Source: Octopus vulgaris (lineage: Eukaryota). From it: a stretch of 64,000 nucleotides of DNA. Each line of letters begins with the position of its first letter. The first letter of the stretch is position 1. The DNA is taken from contig OX597815.1 of the NCBI GenBank assembly GCA_951406725.2, positions 201,748,001 to 201,812,000 of the forward strand, read 5' to 3'. Under the pieces are notes generated by a model. The model did no database searches, was not told the DNA's origin, and saw nothing but the letters and a program-made list of their open reading frames with translations. Of this stretch, positions 1 to 13,700 are shown piece after piece. Both the position numbers and the translations under genes were made by a program.

Positions 1-2560
1 CAGGACAATCAGAGAAACACAGTTCTATGTCCACCAACCCCTAACTACAGAAATATACCTACAGGTGAGGAGGGGAAGAGAGAACCTGAAAAGAGAAGTG
101 CACAATTAATTCAGGACAGAAAACTATCATATCTTGCAATCCACAATTTGATGCACAGACTCCAGGGAGACTATATCCTACAATCAAATATATGGCAATA
201 ACTTTTGGCAAAACCAACAAAATGATGAATATCTAAATATGCAGGAACCTTAACTACCACATTTTAAGAAACACCAAGGATACAATAATTACAGATTATT
301 GTAATCCTAAAACCATTTTTTAAGCATAGACCAGAAACACGAGGAAAGAAGCTACATTCCAAACAAGAGAAATAAAAATGATCAATTTTTTACGACTAAT
401 ATATTTATAAACAAATATACTTTGAAAGTGACTACATTTCACACAACCACCTCTAAAATCAAATAAATGAAAATTAAATTAAATTGAATCGAAAATCATA
501 TTAAAGATAACGTTGCAGAAAACTGCAGAAAACTAAGATTAGCAGAACTGTTTTTGATGTAAGTGGTGAAGATGAAAATATAAGTAAAAGCAAAACATAT
601 CTCTATGCTGGACGAGGACGAAATACAACTCTTGACTAATTTTGTGTGTATATTTGAAACTTCCCTATAATAGAACGGGAAACAACAAATCAAGTCTCTT
701 TCCAATAGACAATAATTGACCAACTTAACAGATTTACAATTGGACAAAAAATAACAATAAAAGAAGCTGATAAAGAGGTCGGTTGTTGTTATGGCTACAG
801 ATTACAACAAGAAATCAATATATGATAGTAGTGACAATGAAAATCACGTAAGTACAAAACTACGAAATCTATGAACTACTTAGCATCCTACTCCATATAT
901 GCTAAAGAACTGGACTACCTTACAAACTTCAAATATAAAGCAAACAAATTCTATGGACTACCTAAAATACATGAAAATGAATTAATAAATGAACATATGT
1001 ATGAGCAAACAACCAGTTTCGTGAATATCCCAGCACTATCAGATCTTCAGTTGAGCCTCATTGTAGAAACCCATCGTTTTAACCCCAACCCCGTAAGTAT
1101 TATACTAGACAATCTGATAAAACCCCTCCTCAAACATATAAAGAGCATTCTACTATATAATTTGAACATTCTCAACCTCGACCTAACACAATAAACGAAA
1201 TCGCCTATATAGTCACATTATAGTCACCTTTGATGTTCTGAATCTACTTACCAGCATTCCTCGCAATTAGGGAAATAAAGTTATAGAATATTGGTTAAGC
1301 GCATTTCTACATGTAATACCAGAACGCAGGGAGAGATAAATTATTGATGTTTCAGTTGTTATCATAGGTAAAATTTACTATAAGTATTTGATATTGGATA
1401 TGTTACGTGATAATGGCTAAAATTACTAAAAGAATTTAATCTTGCATATGGCACGTGAAAGTATTTACAATGAATTCATATTCAATAACACAGCTTATCG
1501 ATAAAATTCAAAAACGGCCATGGCAAAACAGCCATGGTAAAAATGTTGCCCACACGTATGCCAACTCGTCATGGTATATCATGAAATAAAAATCTATGAA
1601 ATATCCATCGTAATTTTTCGAGTAGAGTTATGTTTTTAGAAATAAAAAGAAAATTAGAAGAGGTTTCTAGATGGTTGTTTAATTTAATGGCTGTAAATTC
1701 CTAACTTATATCGTCACATTCAATTCATCTTAGAAATCAGTAACGATAAACAGTCAGCCTTAGACATTCTAATAATAAAAGACATTTTTACTCGAAATCC
1801 TCTTTTGTTTATAACTACCGAATCATGACAATACCTCTTCTTGATCTCATGTAAGGCAAACCACACAAGAAGTAACAACCAAATCAGTTTAACCAATAGC
1901 TGGAATAAGAAAACATAGTAAAAATGGAGTGAAAAAATACCTATCTCAGGAAAATACCTAATTGAGCTGGGTGAGTTTGTTATTCAGGAAACAAAGCATA
2001 TTAATATTGAAAACCTTCGAAATATGGGACCCACAAAAAATAAATACTATCCCAAATATTCCTAAGTTTAACTTAAGAAAAGCCTATTTGTTTATCAACA
2101 TAAATCGCAAACTATCAATTTTACTACAAGAAAAATTAGAAAAGTTGTTGAAGAGCATGCAATTTTGGAAAAGCAAGAGGCAGATAAATCCCTAAAGAGC
2201 CACGATATATTCTCAAAAATATGCTCCTAAGGTAAGTAAATGTAACAGACCAAACTGTAGAGAATGTAGCTACTAACTACTGCAATTCGGAAACCTAATC
2301 TATATTATAACGTGAACGATGCCGAGACTACCACATCGGACAAACGGATATAGCAGTAACAAAATGAATGACGGTACACCGACAACAAACCAACGAATGA
2401 TTCACAAGATAAAATATCCCTCAATGAATATATAAATAAGTGTGATAGGTCTAATCCAAATATCTTGTCTTTTCTTTCTACCAGTTCAGTGACGGAACAG
2501 CCAAGAAGGAATAAAGAAATTTAATTTATTAACAGGTACAAACTAAAACTCAACAGAGTA
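1..2560 (+). mobile_element. Degenerate Penelope-like retroelement (RT + GIY-YIG), with frameshifts and stops
   Basis: PLE RT motifs occur in the expected order: ITIKEADK (~750), FYGLPKIH (ORF 871-1194), VTFDVLNLLTSIP (~1222), TAM(G)/TYAN (~1515-1570), RFLDGC for RY(I)DD (~1662) and LDILI (~1760). They are followed by the Cys linker KCNRPNCREC (~2238), NLIYII (~2293) and a terminal FINRYKLKLN (~2525). The 5' boundary is uncertain. Confidence 0.85.
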
Positions 2561-3074
2561 TGGTTTATTTCACTCCCAGCAGTGATTATGTACACAGAAC
2601 GTTCCTCCGACCAGATAACACTCATGAAAATTCTCACTAAATAAAATTCAAGTTGTAGAGAATAGTTATAACTACTCAGAGAAGAAAGAAATATAGTTGT
2701 CAATATTACTCATACTTAGTAGGTATTGCAATCCAATGTCGGACTGCTATAACGTCAACTCCGGTATAGCAATATACTTAGTTATACAATTAAGACACGA
2801 GTATCTGTGATCGACTTCGCCGACTTCTCAACCACTGTCCTTCCTACGTCACAATATTTTAGCGTCACTTGGGAGAGGTGTTGAATTATTATTTTTATCC
2901 TCATCTCCCCTTTTAAGTTATTTTTTCTCAAGAAGTGTAATTTTATTTATTTTTCTTAATAATGTTTACATCACCCGACCTCATTTTTTAATTTCTTTTT
3001 CCATACAGTCACAACTTTTTTTCTTCGTTTGGCATCCACTTCCAGGAACTCCAGAAGCTGTAGCAGAACAAAAA

Positions 3075-3155
3075 TAAGGAAGGTTCCACGCAGTGGGACA
3101 GAACCCAGACCCATGTGGCTGTGAAGCAAGCTTCTTACCACTCAGCCAGTCCTGT
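3075..3155 (-). mobile_element. Head fragment of a tRNA-derived SINE (same family as 29305-29458 and 45097-45251)
   Basis: The segment ccacgcagtgggacagaaccc...gcttcttaccactcagcca aligns with the other two copies. Confidence 0.75.
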
Positions 3156-4214
3156 GTCCACATAAAATTTTCTACTTTCCTATCAGCATCTATGCATGAT
3201 GTGTCGTTTCCGTGTGTGTTCCATTAAATAGCACTGCATATTTGATATAACGATGCGCATATAATGTAATATTAATGTTACACTAACAAATATAATTATT
3301 GCTAATTCCCTATGTCTTTAATGCCAATCATTTAATTTCACTTTATCACATCATTCTATATTTGAATATACATAATTAGCAAGTATGTGCACTGCATCTA
3401 TTCATATCTCTCAACCCTTTTATAATACATAGCTGTCTTGGTTTACGTTATGATTGAAATCTGCTCAAGCGTGCGCCATGCATAACATGTTGCAGAATGG
3501 ATGGTTTAACATTGCAATTGAATAGCCGTTTATAATATAGTCAAAATCTAAATTAGTATTTGATTTCATGATTTATATTCACTAGACCGTAACAACCAAG
3601 AATGTGACGAACAGAAGACTTCCTTCACTTTTAATATATTTTCTAAAAAAAAGGAAATGGGAAAAAAAAGGCATGTATAGAAAATAATATAGATTTAGAA
3701 TATATTTAATTCATGTCCCATTTCTTCAGCACTTGAATAAATTTGAATCACATTAAAAGCATAAATATCAAATTAAACACTTGTCCGGATGTTCCTTCAT
3801 ATATTTTGAATATAATTTGAAGTCAGCCTATTAAATAACATTTGAGTGTAAATTTCCATTCAAGTAGCTTTCTATAGAGTATCCATTGGGAACGGATTTC
3901 GATGGGTTTTATTAATGACGAAACATATTTTACATTTTTCAGTTGAGTTATGCAGGTAATTAGAAGTCATTAAAATATATCAAATATTCTCATTTACACT
4001 TCAGACATGATATAAATTTTCCGTTCTTTTCATATTTCAATATTTTTTTCCTGAAAAAATTAGAAAGTTTTGTAATAATTTAGTTTTTAGTGGTTTGGTT
4101 TATGTGTACGTGTGTTTACGTATGTATATGTGCGTGTATATGTGTGTATGTTTCCGTGCATGAATTCTTCTTTCCTATTGAATGCTTATATTTCTTTCAA
4201 TTTTTTTTTTTTAG

Positions 4215-4291
4215 GAACAGCATATCACATTTAAGAATTCAATATATATCTATACTCCTATAACATGAAACGTCGAACCATGTGGGTTACG
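4215..4291 (+). CDS. Candidate first coding exon of an unidentified host gene (ATG at 4265, MKRRTMWVT, phase 0 donor)
   Basis: It has a strong acceptor (poly-T + ag ending 4214) and a donor acg|gtaagc at 4291/4292. No homology was recognised. Confidence 0.3.
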
Positions 4292-7145
4292 GTAAGCATT
4301 CAGTTTTCCTCCTTTATATGTTGAGTTCAAATTTTGTTCAAAGAAGCATGTTTTGTTTCCTCACCGTAAATTTTCTGTTAAATGGGAAATCATTACTTTT
4401 TCTCTAATAAATCCGTATGGAAACTTATGCCTTTTAACAAAATAAGTTATACCTCAGAAACAAACAAAGACTTATACATAGCTTTTTAGTTTTGTATCAC
4501 GGCAATATTTTGAAAAGTTTTTGAATGCAAAATGCTGTCAAAATGTATATCCCTATAAAATGAATTCGGTTACAACAAACCTTACTATTTTCCTTTTTTT
4601 GAACCTGATATCGATTCTGGATTAAGGTACACTTATATAACTTTTATGTAGCTTAACATCCAGTTAGTGCGGTTTTTTGAGATGATACATTCTAAACAGC
4701 GTGAAAAGAGAGACTTAAAATAACTTGAGGTGATATCAATGAATTTAAAACACAAAACAAAACGTTCTAATACGAATCCAAACTTATATGTTACCTAAGG
4801 TCTAGTTTTGAAAATAATATATCCCACTGAACTAATGATGCATGACACACGCTCTTTCTCTTCTATGAATAGAAGAGAAAAAGCTTGGCGTCTGAGAGTT
4901 TCTTAGAAAGTTTCTTAGACAATTCATCGGAAATGTTGGACAAACTATGTGCAGTATATTCTCAAGCACATAGATAAGATGGTAAGATGAGCTCGAACAT
5001 TTATTAAAAAAATGTAAACTCAATGGGGAAAAGATCATGGTATATGTTGGTGATAGTTGTAACAGGAAACTGATGTGAAGATCATAAAGGTGCTTTGATG
5101 CATGTACGATGTACTGAAGGTAAATGTTATAGAGAAAGTGCATTAAATAATTGCAAGTTCGACATGTAAAGGGAGATAAAAAGCCCTAAATGAATCAATG
5201 ATAGAAGTGTCACTCTAAGATCAGAAATTCCATAAACATAATAATTGAATGACTACGAAACTGAAGACTGCAGTCTTGCAAATCGTATTTAAAATGCGTG
5301 TATACATGTAGTGAAGCGCATAGAGTGTAATAAACATTTTCCTGAGTAAAACAGTGAAATGTTTTTTTTATGGACCACCATGAGACTAATGAGGGGAAAC
5401 AGCTTTGAGCTGATGTAATGAAAATCCAGAGATTCTCAGTTGTATAAAGCAACTGAGCAAGTCCTTCGAATGTCTTCAGTAGGGAATATTTCCAGGGAGA
5501 CACATCGTGTATGTGGGTTTTATGGTTTATATCATGAAGTGAGTAGGGTGGTGTGAGAGTGAAATGGGAAATCAAAACGAAGAAAATAACATGAGTTAAT
5601 GAGTTGATTATATAGGAATAGAAGGAAAAAGATTTTATGGTCCTAGGAAAATTATTTCTAATCGGTTCGTGCAAATGCTATTAAAGTTAGAAATGTCCCT
5701 TAGTATTATGTTAATGTTAGTTTCTTTTATTTTTATAATTATATTTATATATTTTAAGTAATCTTGATTTTGCATATAATTGCACCCTCCAAATAATCCA
5801 CATAAGGTTAAAAATGTACCAACAAGGATGAAGGAACTCTCAATTTGTAAATCTTATACATACAAATAAAATTTAGATTCTGTAAATTACAGGAGTGCTT
5901 CAGCACAATTTAGAAACGTTGGGAACTGACTAATTTCTTTGTTCCTTATATATCATTTCTCAACAATGAGTAAACTAATAACAATAAAAGTAAAAGAATA
6001 AATGCTTGCAATATAGGAATAATGAGGGGAATGGAAACAGTTTCTCAATATATTCATATCTAGAAAGCAACATTTTTAATGAATTCACAACAACTTCATT
6101 CAATCTATGTAATTTTTGCCAAGCTTGTTTCCAAGTAATTCGCTTACTTTCATAGAAATTACTTCTTTGTTCGTATAGTGCAAAATACAATGCTATTAAT
6201 GCTATTCAGAAAACTAGAAAAAAAAACAGTAATAAAAATATGTATCATTCATTATTAAGTGGTGTAAATTATTCATAATGTGCTTGAATATCCGCTGGCT
6301 ATATTTTAAAGAATAACATAAAAATTATGAGTGACATAACACATTTTAGTTTATGCTATGCATGATAAGATCAACACCACATGCATAGGCTTCATATTTT
6401 AATTCATATTTTATTTTAATAGTGAGACCAGAAAATTAGGACCAAACACCTTGATGCAATTGCCTTTATTGGTTAATTGCTCGTAAATGATTAATGAGTA
6501 GCTATTCCCGAATGCACACGTAAATACTCATATTCAGATAAATAGAAAATATTACATGCCCGCACACACATACCGAAGCAAGAAGCAAATGCCTGTAAAA
6601 TTGGTAGAAAATGTGAAATTTAAAAAGAAAAGCTTTACATGTACAACCTAATCATTTCTCTAGGCTTGCCTGATAACATTACTCATTCTCGCCTGAATAG
6701 ACATCAGGATCATAGATTTAATTTCGTGATTTTCCTGTGAATATAATTCATTACATTAACACATTTTAAAAAGGCTACCTTCATCCGTTAAATTAAGTAT
6801 TGAAGTAGTTGTAGTAGTATTAAATCTAAACTGATAGAATATTGGATCAGATCATTATAACCTTTAGATATTTGATATCGATCCCATAATTTGCATTTTC
6901 ATATCTGGCTAATGCTATGATTAATAAAGCGTTTAATTTTAACATAATTATTGCAAAATTTAGTTATATTCGTATAACTTCTCGGTTCAAATCCCGTTGT
7001 TGTCAACTACGCATTCATACATTAAGGTAGATCAAATCATTTATTCCGTCTAAATTGAAGGAATTAAGCATTTGTTAGAAAACATCAGCATCGTTGATGT
7101 CGACTATTATTATTACTGTTGTTGTAGTTGTTATTGTTGTTGCTG

Positions 7146-7373
7146 CTTTCTTCTTCTTCTTCTTCTTGTTTCTTCTTCTTCTTCTTCTTCGTCTTCTTCA
7201 TCTTCTTCTTCTTCTTCTTCTTCTTCATCTTCTTCGTCTTCTTCTTCTTCTCCTTCTTCTTCGTCTTCTTCTTCTTCTCCTTCTTCTCCTTCTTCTTCTT
7301 CTTCTTCTTCTTCTTCTACTTCTCCTTATTCGTCTACATCTTCTTCTTCTTCTTCTTCTTCTTCTTCTTCTTC
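7146..7373. repeat. (TTC)n/(GAA)n microsatellite, probably the expanded 3' tail of the adjacent minus-strand SINE
   Basis: About 225 bp of imperfect TTC repeats directly abut the SINE 3' end. This explains the poly-S, poly-L and poly-F ORFs at 7072-7408. Confidence 0.95.
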
Positions 7374-7852
7374 CAATGAGGACTCACGCCATTAACCACA
7401 AAGAATAATCTCTAATTCGAGCCTACTCTAAGCTACTAAGAATGCGTGTGGCAACTTGAAGATCCACCCACCACATGCGATAGACTGGCGGTTGCACGGG
7501 TGCGAAAGCTACGTTGTTATCATCATTCCGTAAACGGTAGCTTTTAACGGGTGGAGGGCTGAACCATCCTCGGGTACAGAGGATTCTCAATGTAGACTAT
7601 GGTCTGAATGTTTATCACACCATAGTAGGTTACATCATGGTTCCTTTGCTTTGATGCAGAAGTAGAAAGAATGAGTCAGTGGAAGTTGTGGTGAAAGAGT
7701 ACAGCACGGTTCACCAACCCTGTCCCGCCGGAGCTCGTGGCGCTTAGGTTTTTATGTTCAATAAGTACTCAAAATGCCATGTCTCGGAATCGATACCGCG
7801 TTCTTACGACCGCGAGTCCGCTGCCCTAACCACTGGGCCATGGCACCTCCAC
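7374..7852 (-). mobile_element. tRNA-derived SINE sharing head and body with 28427-28720 and 55785-56082
   Basis: The minus strand starts ggaggtgccatggcccagtggttagggcagcgg (A box), then ggtatcgattcc (B box) and body aaacctaa..gctccggc..gctgtactctttcaccac. It ends in (GAA)n. Confidence 0.8.
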
Positions 7853-7949
7853 TGCTGTTGTTGTTGTTATTAATGTTGTTGTTGTTGGTGCTGCTGCTGC
7901 TACAGTTGTTGTTGCTACGACGATGATGAAGTTTGGATTTGACATTCTT

Positions 7950-9553
7950 CTGTTTGTACGAGCTGACTTAAATCTCTTCCAGGAACCTCAAGAGGCAGCA
8001 AGTTATAAGTTATAACTAAGTCGATTATTAACTCATGTGATTTGGGGTAGAATGTAGTTTATTTATAGCAATCTGTGTTTTTGTACCTTGAATACGTTTG
8101 AAGCATTGTTTTAGAAAATATGCATTTGATAGTATGGGGAGAAACGATTGTTTGGATTTGTGATGACTGTATTTTGAAAGATATGAGTAGTCCCCATGAG
8201 TACTATACTACAATTTTCGGCCATTTTTCAATCCCTTCGTATTTGAGAGAATAAATTACCACATTGGGTATTATCGTTGAGAAACTGGAGCGTGTGTATT
8301 GTTCCACCCCTGAGTATCCACACTTTACCAATTTCTATTTCAAGATTTTTAAATTAGTTCAAATTTTACTAGGCCTTGACAGATATAATTATATAGATTG
8401 AGAAAGTCAAATCAATGGGGATGAATGATTTCCATCTAGAATTCTTCAACATAATAGCTGATATATTTGCATATATCTGGCAGTTAGTTTCAGCAGAAAA
8501 GTACCATAGTAGTGAGCTATGTTTTTTTCAAATCTTGAGGAGACTTGCTTTCCACTTTCTATGGTGAGGTAGGTCAATATGCTTGGAAAGTGTCCAGTGG
8601 ACAAGCAGTGCAGCTCTTTCATGTTTGCTGGGGATGCGAGTGGGTCACATATATAGACAATGTGAACGATGGCTTCGGGCTGTTTTTTACACTCTAGAAA
8701 ATTTGGGGTGCTGCCGATTTTTAAGATGTTGGCTCGATAATTTCTAGTTTGTAGGCATTAATCTTTGGCTGTTATGAAAAGTTATGAAGGCTAACCTTTG
8801 ATGAGTAAGATTTTCGTCAGTGTCAGCCTTAATAGCTATCTGTTAGTATTTATCACTTAAGGGATTTACTGCCATTCGCCTGTAAGTTTACTTGGGGCCG
8901 CGTTATTAATAAGGGTTTTCATATGTTTAGCTATTTCAGCGCTTGTACATAGTTCATCTAATTCTAGATTTTCTTCTTTGGAATTTCAAAAACAATTGAA
9001 TATAAATGTCAAATTAGAGTTTAGGCCAATCATGGTAATTTTCAATGATAATTCATGTTGCGGGGGCGCATGGTCTCCGTTTCGTCGTTATAAATAGTCG
9101 TTATAAATAGTCTTTCGATGTCTACTTTAAGGTCTCAAAAATTCAAATGTTTTCACCAGTTAATTATATTGAAGCTCTAAGTTACGACGGGTATGGCCAA
9201 AGTATTAATTGCAACTATCCTCTTTCTAGCGTTTAACACTCTCTTTAGTATTGCATTTACCTTGCGAAAACTTTTACTTCTGATCTCTTTTCCCCTTGCT
9301 GGCAATTCTATTCCATCGCCTTCATATACCCCATTCATATACAACAAAGAACCTTTCTTTGCCTCTAAGTCATTGATAGAATGTTGTCGATCAAGTTCAA
9401 CGCTGGCTATTGGCGACGGTTTCCATTTGATGAAAGTACCCTTTGCGCATTTATCAAAGTCAAATTCCAACCTAAAATCATCACTAAACAATTTTACAAC
9501 AGATAGTAGGTCACTTAGCTGCTGGTCCTTTTTTGTCAATAGTTTTAAATGAT
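7950..9553 (-). mobile_element. 5'-truncated degenerate R4/Dong-like non-LTR retrotransposon (RT C-terminus, zinc-knuckle and RLE region)
   Basis: ORF 9177-9650 reads (D)DHLKL..FSDDFRLEFDFDKCA..LNARKRIVAINTLAIPVVT, typical of R4/Dong RT. Further decayed motifs are (Q)TRNYRANILK, CKKQPEAIVHI and HERAALLVHW. The 5' end abuts a (TG)n tract. Confidence 0.8.
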
Positions 9554-9594
9554 CCACGTGAGTGTGTGTGTGTGTGTGTATGTGTTTACGTGCG

Positions 9595-9634
<40 letters not shown>

Positions 9635-9734
9635 AAATATATTTATACATCTACTATGGAAGCGGGTTGGTGGAAATTCAACGGTGAAAAATAAAAGAGT
9701 GCTTCAACTCTGTGCGAGTAGATGTGTGTATGTG

Positions 9735-10176
9735 TGCGCGTCTTGGGAAAGTCTCATCTCCCTTCACCTTTAAGCCTCCATATGATGTGCTTCTCGTGCC
9801 TTCGCTGATCTTGAGAAAGTGTCTTCTCCCTGCTGTGTTGAGACTCAATTTGATGTGCTGCAACAAGCCTTGGCTGATCTTGAGAAAGTCTCATCTCTCT
9901 TCTATCTTGGGACTCCATGAGACCTGCTGCAGCATGCTTTTGCTGATATTGAGAAAGTCTCTTCTCCTTTCTCTCTTGAAAATGTATTTGATGTCCTACA
10001 GCATGGAAAGTGACATGTCCCTTGTATTGAGACTCCTTCTGACGCCCAGCAGCATGTCTTTGCTAATGTTGAGAAATACTCATGTTCTTCATCTCTTGAG
10101 AAGCTCGCCTTCTGTTATATGCACGCCTTGCTTTGGAGGTGTTTCTGGAGTGATTACGGTTTTCCTTTCGCTGCAT
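9735..10176 (-). pseudogene. Decayed ORF start with 23-aa (69-bp) STPR-like repeats, resembling a Helitron RepHel N-terminus
   Basis: The motif tga(tc/ta)ttgagaaagt recurs at 9806, 9875 and 9944 (69-bp period). The minus strand reads MQRKENRNHSRNTSKARR... then ESQDRREMRLSQDQPRLVAAHQI / ESQHSREKTLSQDQRRHEKHII, with an in-frame stop. Confidence 0.6.
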
Positions 10177-10556
10177 ATTTTTTTCAATATTTTAGAGTAA
10201 ATTATGCACATTTAAAATATATACATACATCAATATCTATTTTTGTAAGCAGTTGTGTCTATGTAGTATATCTATAATTTTGTTTGCAGTGTACAGTAAA
10301 CAAATATAAGCAAATTGTAAATAACTTGCAACTTTGCAACTTCTACGATAATTATCAACTGTTAATGGAACGGTAGATGTACATCTTTATATATCATGGA
10401 CCTTCCAAGTAATAGTGTTTTGTCAAGAGTTTGTGTAGATGCATGGGTATGTCCAACAACGTAGGTAGCGGGTGCGCAAACACACACACACTCACAGACA
10501 CCAACACATTTATATACAAAATGTGACGATACGCACACATACACTCTCATATACAG

Positions 10557-10591
<35 letters not shown>

Positions 10592-10674
10592 GAGAGACAC
10601 ATATATGCATTCACGCATGTCAGACGTCATAAGTGTATATGTATGTGCAAATGCTTGTATCTTTAAATGTTTGT

Positions 10675-11118
10675 GTACTGGATATTAATAGTGTTAGCCA
10701 AGCACTCGTTCTAATTTCTGGACTGCCATATTGGCTTGGCGATAACTATTAATATCCAGTACCGCAGCCGTAGTCTCCTTTAGAGAGACTTAGAGATATT
10801 AATATTTCTATTTTTGGAAACCAGTGGATGTATTCCACGGAATTTAGGTAAATAATACTTCGAACAGACGGTCAGTAGCGACGCCTTCTGAGTTCGGCTG
10901 CTCTAGATTGATAAAGGGCAAATACCCTGAAACTAGTCTGCAGCTGCCTGACCAGCAAGGGGAAGCAGCTGACCTCCCCTGTTCGAAGGGTATAATGGAT
11001 ATAGGTTCGTGTGTCACATAGCTACCTAGAGGCGATGGCCTCTTGGATCTAAACAACGGTAGCTTTAGTCTTATATTTCTGGACTGTCATATTAGCTTGG
11101 CGATAACTATTAATATAC
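10675..11118 (+). mobile_element. Probable PLE terminal-repeat remnant (inverted plus direct repeat, with a degenerate hammerhead-like motif)
   Basis: There is an 18-bp perfect inverted repeat at 10675-10692/10745-10762 and a ~45-bp direct repeat at 10714-10756/11075-11117. A hammerhead-like motif lies at 10903-10943. Confidence 0.55.
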
Positions 11119-12249
11119 TTTTAAGAATGAATTACAGAAATTTTGTGGCATGATTTAAGGATATAATATATAGACATAATATGAGGCTGCATTTTTTTAA
11201 AGAGAAAATAAGTGATACCTATCTACATTCCATGAATACAAAAGTGGTTCAAAAAATAAATGCTTCAAATAGGTACCTGTCTGAAAAAGTACGAGGTTGG
11301 AAAGTAGTTACAGTCTTCCTCTGTGAACTGTGTTGTTTTTTTTCCCTGTTAAAGAGCTAACCGTCGCCTGCTTCATTTGAGAAAATGCAGCAGCACACAT
11401 TTTGATTACAACTACGACAGCGGAGTATATGCGGACCTGTCACTCCCTATCCCATTAAAGAAACTCTGGAATAATTTTCGAAATGATGAAAGCATTTTAT
11501 CAAGAAAACCCGTACGGGGGAAGACCTCTACATGACCTCTACCTGAACAGTGAGTTTCTGCTGAGTGCGCCGCGAGACATGACAGGTAACCCTGTACGAA
11601 ATTACCTTGTTGCAGTCAAGACGTATTGGAAGAGTGCATCAAACATTCAGTTTTGCATGGGAGAACTGTATGGAGTGACCTCTGTGAAGCATACTCCTAC
11701 AAATACCAAAGATACCAAGCAACAAACTTCTACATGTAGCATTGGGGGACACCGCGAAGTTTGTGAATTCTCAGGGAGGGACATGATTTCACCCAAGAGG
11801 AATCCTCTGAGCCTTGCATGAAACGAGGAAATAAGCGTTGTATTTGCACATATATATCGTCGATTCTCATCTGAAATAAATGAAAATTTTGAACTCCGAA
11901 AAGTTGTTCGAGAGCATATAACAAGTTCATTTGTTTTCTTTAATTGTATATTTTCTTTACTTATTTCCTTTAATTTTATCATTGTATTTCATACTATTAT
12001 ATTCCACTTTTTAAATATATTTTCACTAAATGCTCTTTATTGTTTATTAAATTCCGTTATCCGGTATTTTATTTATTGAAAAAATGATTTCGTAATTTTT
12101 TTTTCTTCTGACCAAGACATGTGAATAGCGACTTCAGGTATGTCAATAAAGGGGGCTTCTGAACCTCTCAAACTTCCTACATTAAAAAAATACTAATCTG
12201 TATATTATTAATTTGTCTGAACATTGAATGCGATTCCCATCGTTAGCAT

Positions 12250-12480
12250 TACAAACTACCTGAATTTAGAAAACTGGAAAAAAATTGTCAAGACGAAGAA
12301 AGCCGAATTACATTTTCTCCCTTCGAATCTTATACTTGAAGCATCAGAGAATGGCTGTTCTGTGTATAACAGAATACAAAGGACATAAAAATATCTAAGA
12401 GCGGCCTCTCCCAATACTTCAAAGGTCTGTTTTAGCCGAATTCATCTTATAGGGATATAGATTTTGACAGCATTTCGCTT
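12250..12480 (-). mobile_element. Possible very decayed hAT transposase C-terminus
   Basis: The minus strand reads LKQTFEVLGEAALRY..(frameshift)..MSFVFCYTQ..QPFS, loosely like the hAT dimerisation motif AL..L.PF.TTYLCE..FS. Confidence 0.3.
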
Positions 12481-12589
12481 TCAAAAACTTTTCAAAATAT
12501 TCCCATGATACAAAACTAAATAATTATTTGAAACTACATGGCCAGCTATTTTAGGGAAAGGTGCAAGTTGAAATATATTGGCTCCACTA

Positions 12590-12790
12590 CTTGAGTGGTA
12601 CTTTATCCTATCGAACCGAAAATGATGAATAGTAAAATGGACCTTTGCAATAAATGTATTTTGACCATAGCGGTACTTGAATTTTGACATCGGCAATACT
12701 TGAGTTCTAGCAGTATTTGAGTTCTGAAACGAAAGAAATGCTACTAAGCATTTTGTTGGACATTATAGCGTTCCTGCCAGCTTCTAGCCT
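12590..12790 (-). mobile_element. Old degenerate copy of the SINE family at 62847-63077
   Basis: On the minus strand, gctggcaggaacg..aaaatgcttagtagcatttc..ttcatcattttcggttcgataggataaagtacca aligns to 62847-63000. Confidence 0.55.
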
Positions 12791-13700
12791 TTTATGAGAT
12801 ATAACAATACAGTAGTAAATGTGTTGAGATTCACAAAACTAGACATACATTCCACAGGGGAATAAACTTCAAAAATTATATAATGAATAATTTATGGAAC
12901 ATTTAATAGAATAACGAAATATTGTGAACAGTCGACCAAATAAACTTACACATAGCGTTAACTGAGAAAATTCGCATGTCGTGGTATTATTTGTGTTAAA
13001 TCTAATCTTGCACCTGTTGTTTCATATAATAAAATTTTGAGGTTTAATACATTCACCTCTCCCTTCTATTAAGACTAGTGGGGAGAATTTTGTAAGTGGA
13101 AGCAATGCTTTTGGTCAAACGTTCTAAACCAACGAGAGCAAGAAATAGATAAAATACATATGTAGTATGAAAAAAGATGCTGGGATTATCTAATCATCTT
13201 CAAAATGGCAGCTAGAAGAGATATTAGAATAAACATAGGGAGAAATTCTCACGATATTAAATTTGGAAAGATAGGATCTTGAATCTTCAAAAATGGAAAC
13301 TCCGCCAATGCACAAGTCGAAAGAGAAGGGCAAAGAAATATGTAGGTGACGATAAGGGCTATTTGGCATTATCTTGATTCACGTCATATTATCAACTTTT
13401 GTATCGATAGCGTTAAGGTCAACCGAGGTTAATAATAGTTTGCAGACGCTTTATGAGCGCGTTATGAGCGTCAGGGTAGCTTTGAGATAAGCGTCTAAGG
13501 AATAAAAGTATCCATTATTCTGCCGGCATAATTACTTATGTTAACCCTGGACATATATATGCAAGCATATTATGCTCATTGCTTAAAGGTAATGACAAAG
13601 ATAAACATGAGTTTATCAGGAACCAAATTTAAAATAAACAGGAAATGGAGATGGTACATACACACACACATACGCACGCACACACACACACACACACAGA

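Noticed and set aside
7072-7408. Poly-Ser, poly-Leu and poly-Phe ORFs
   Set aside because: They are three frames of a (TTC)n microsatellite.
9712-10200. 162-aa Leu-rich + strand ORF
   Set aside because: It is the antisense shadow of the minus-strand 69-bp coding repeat.
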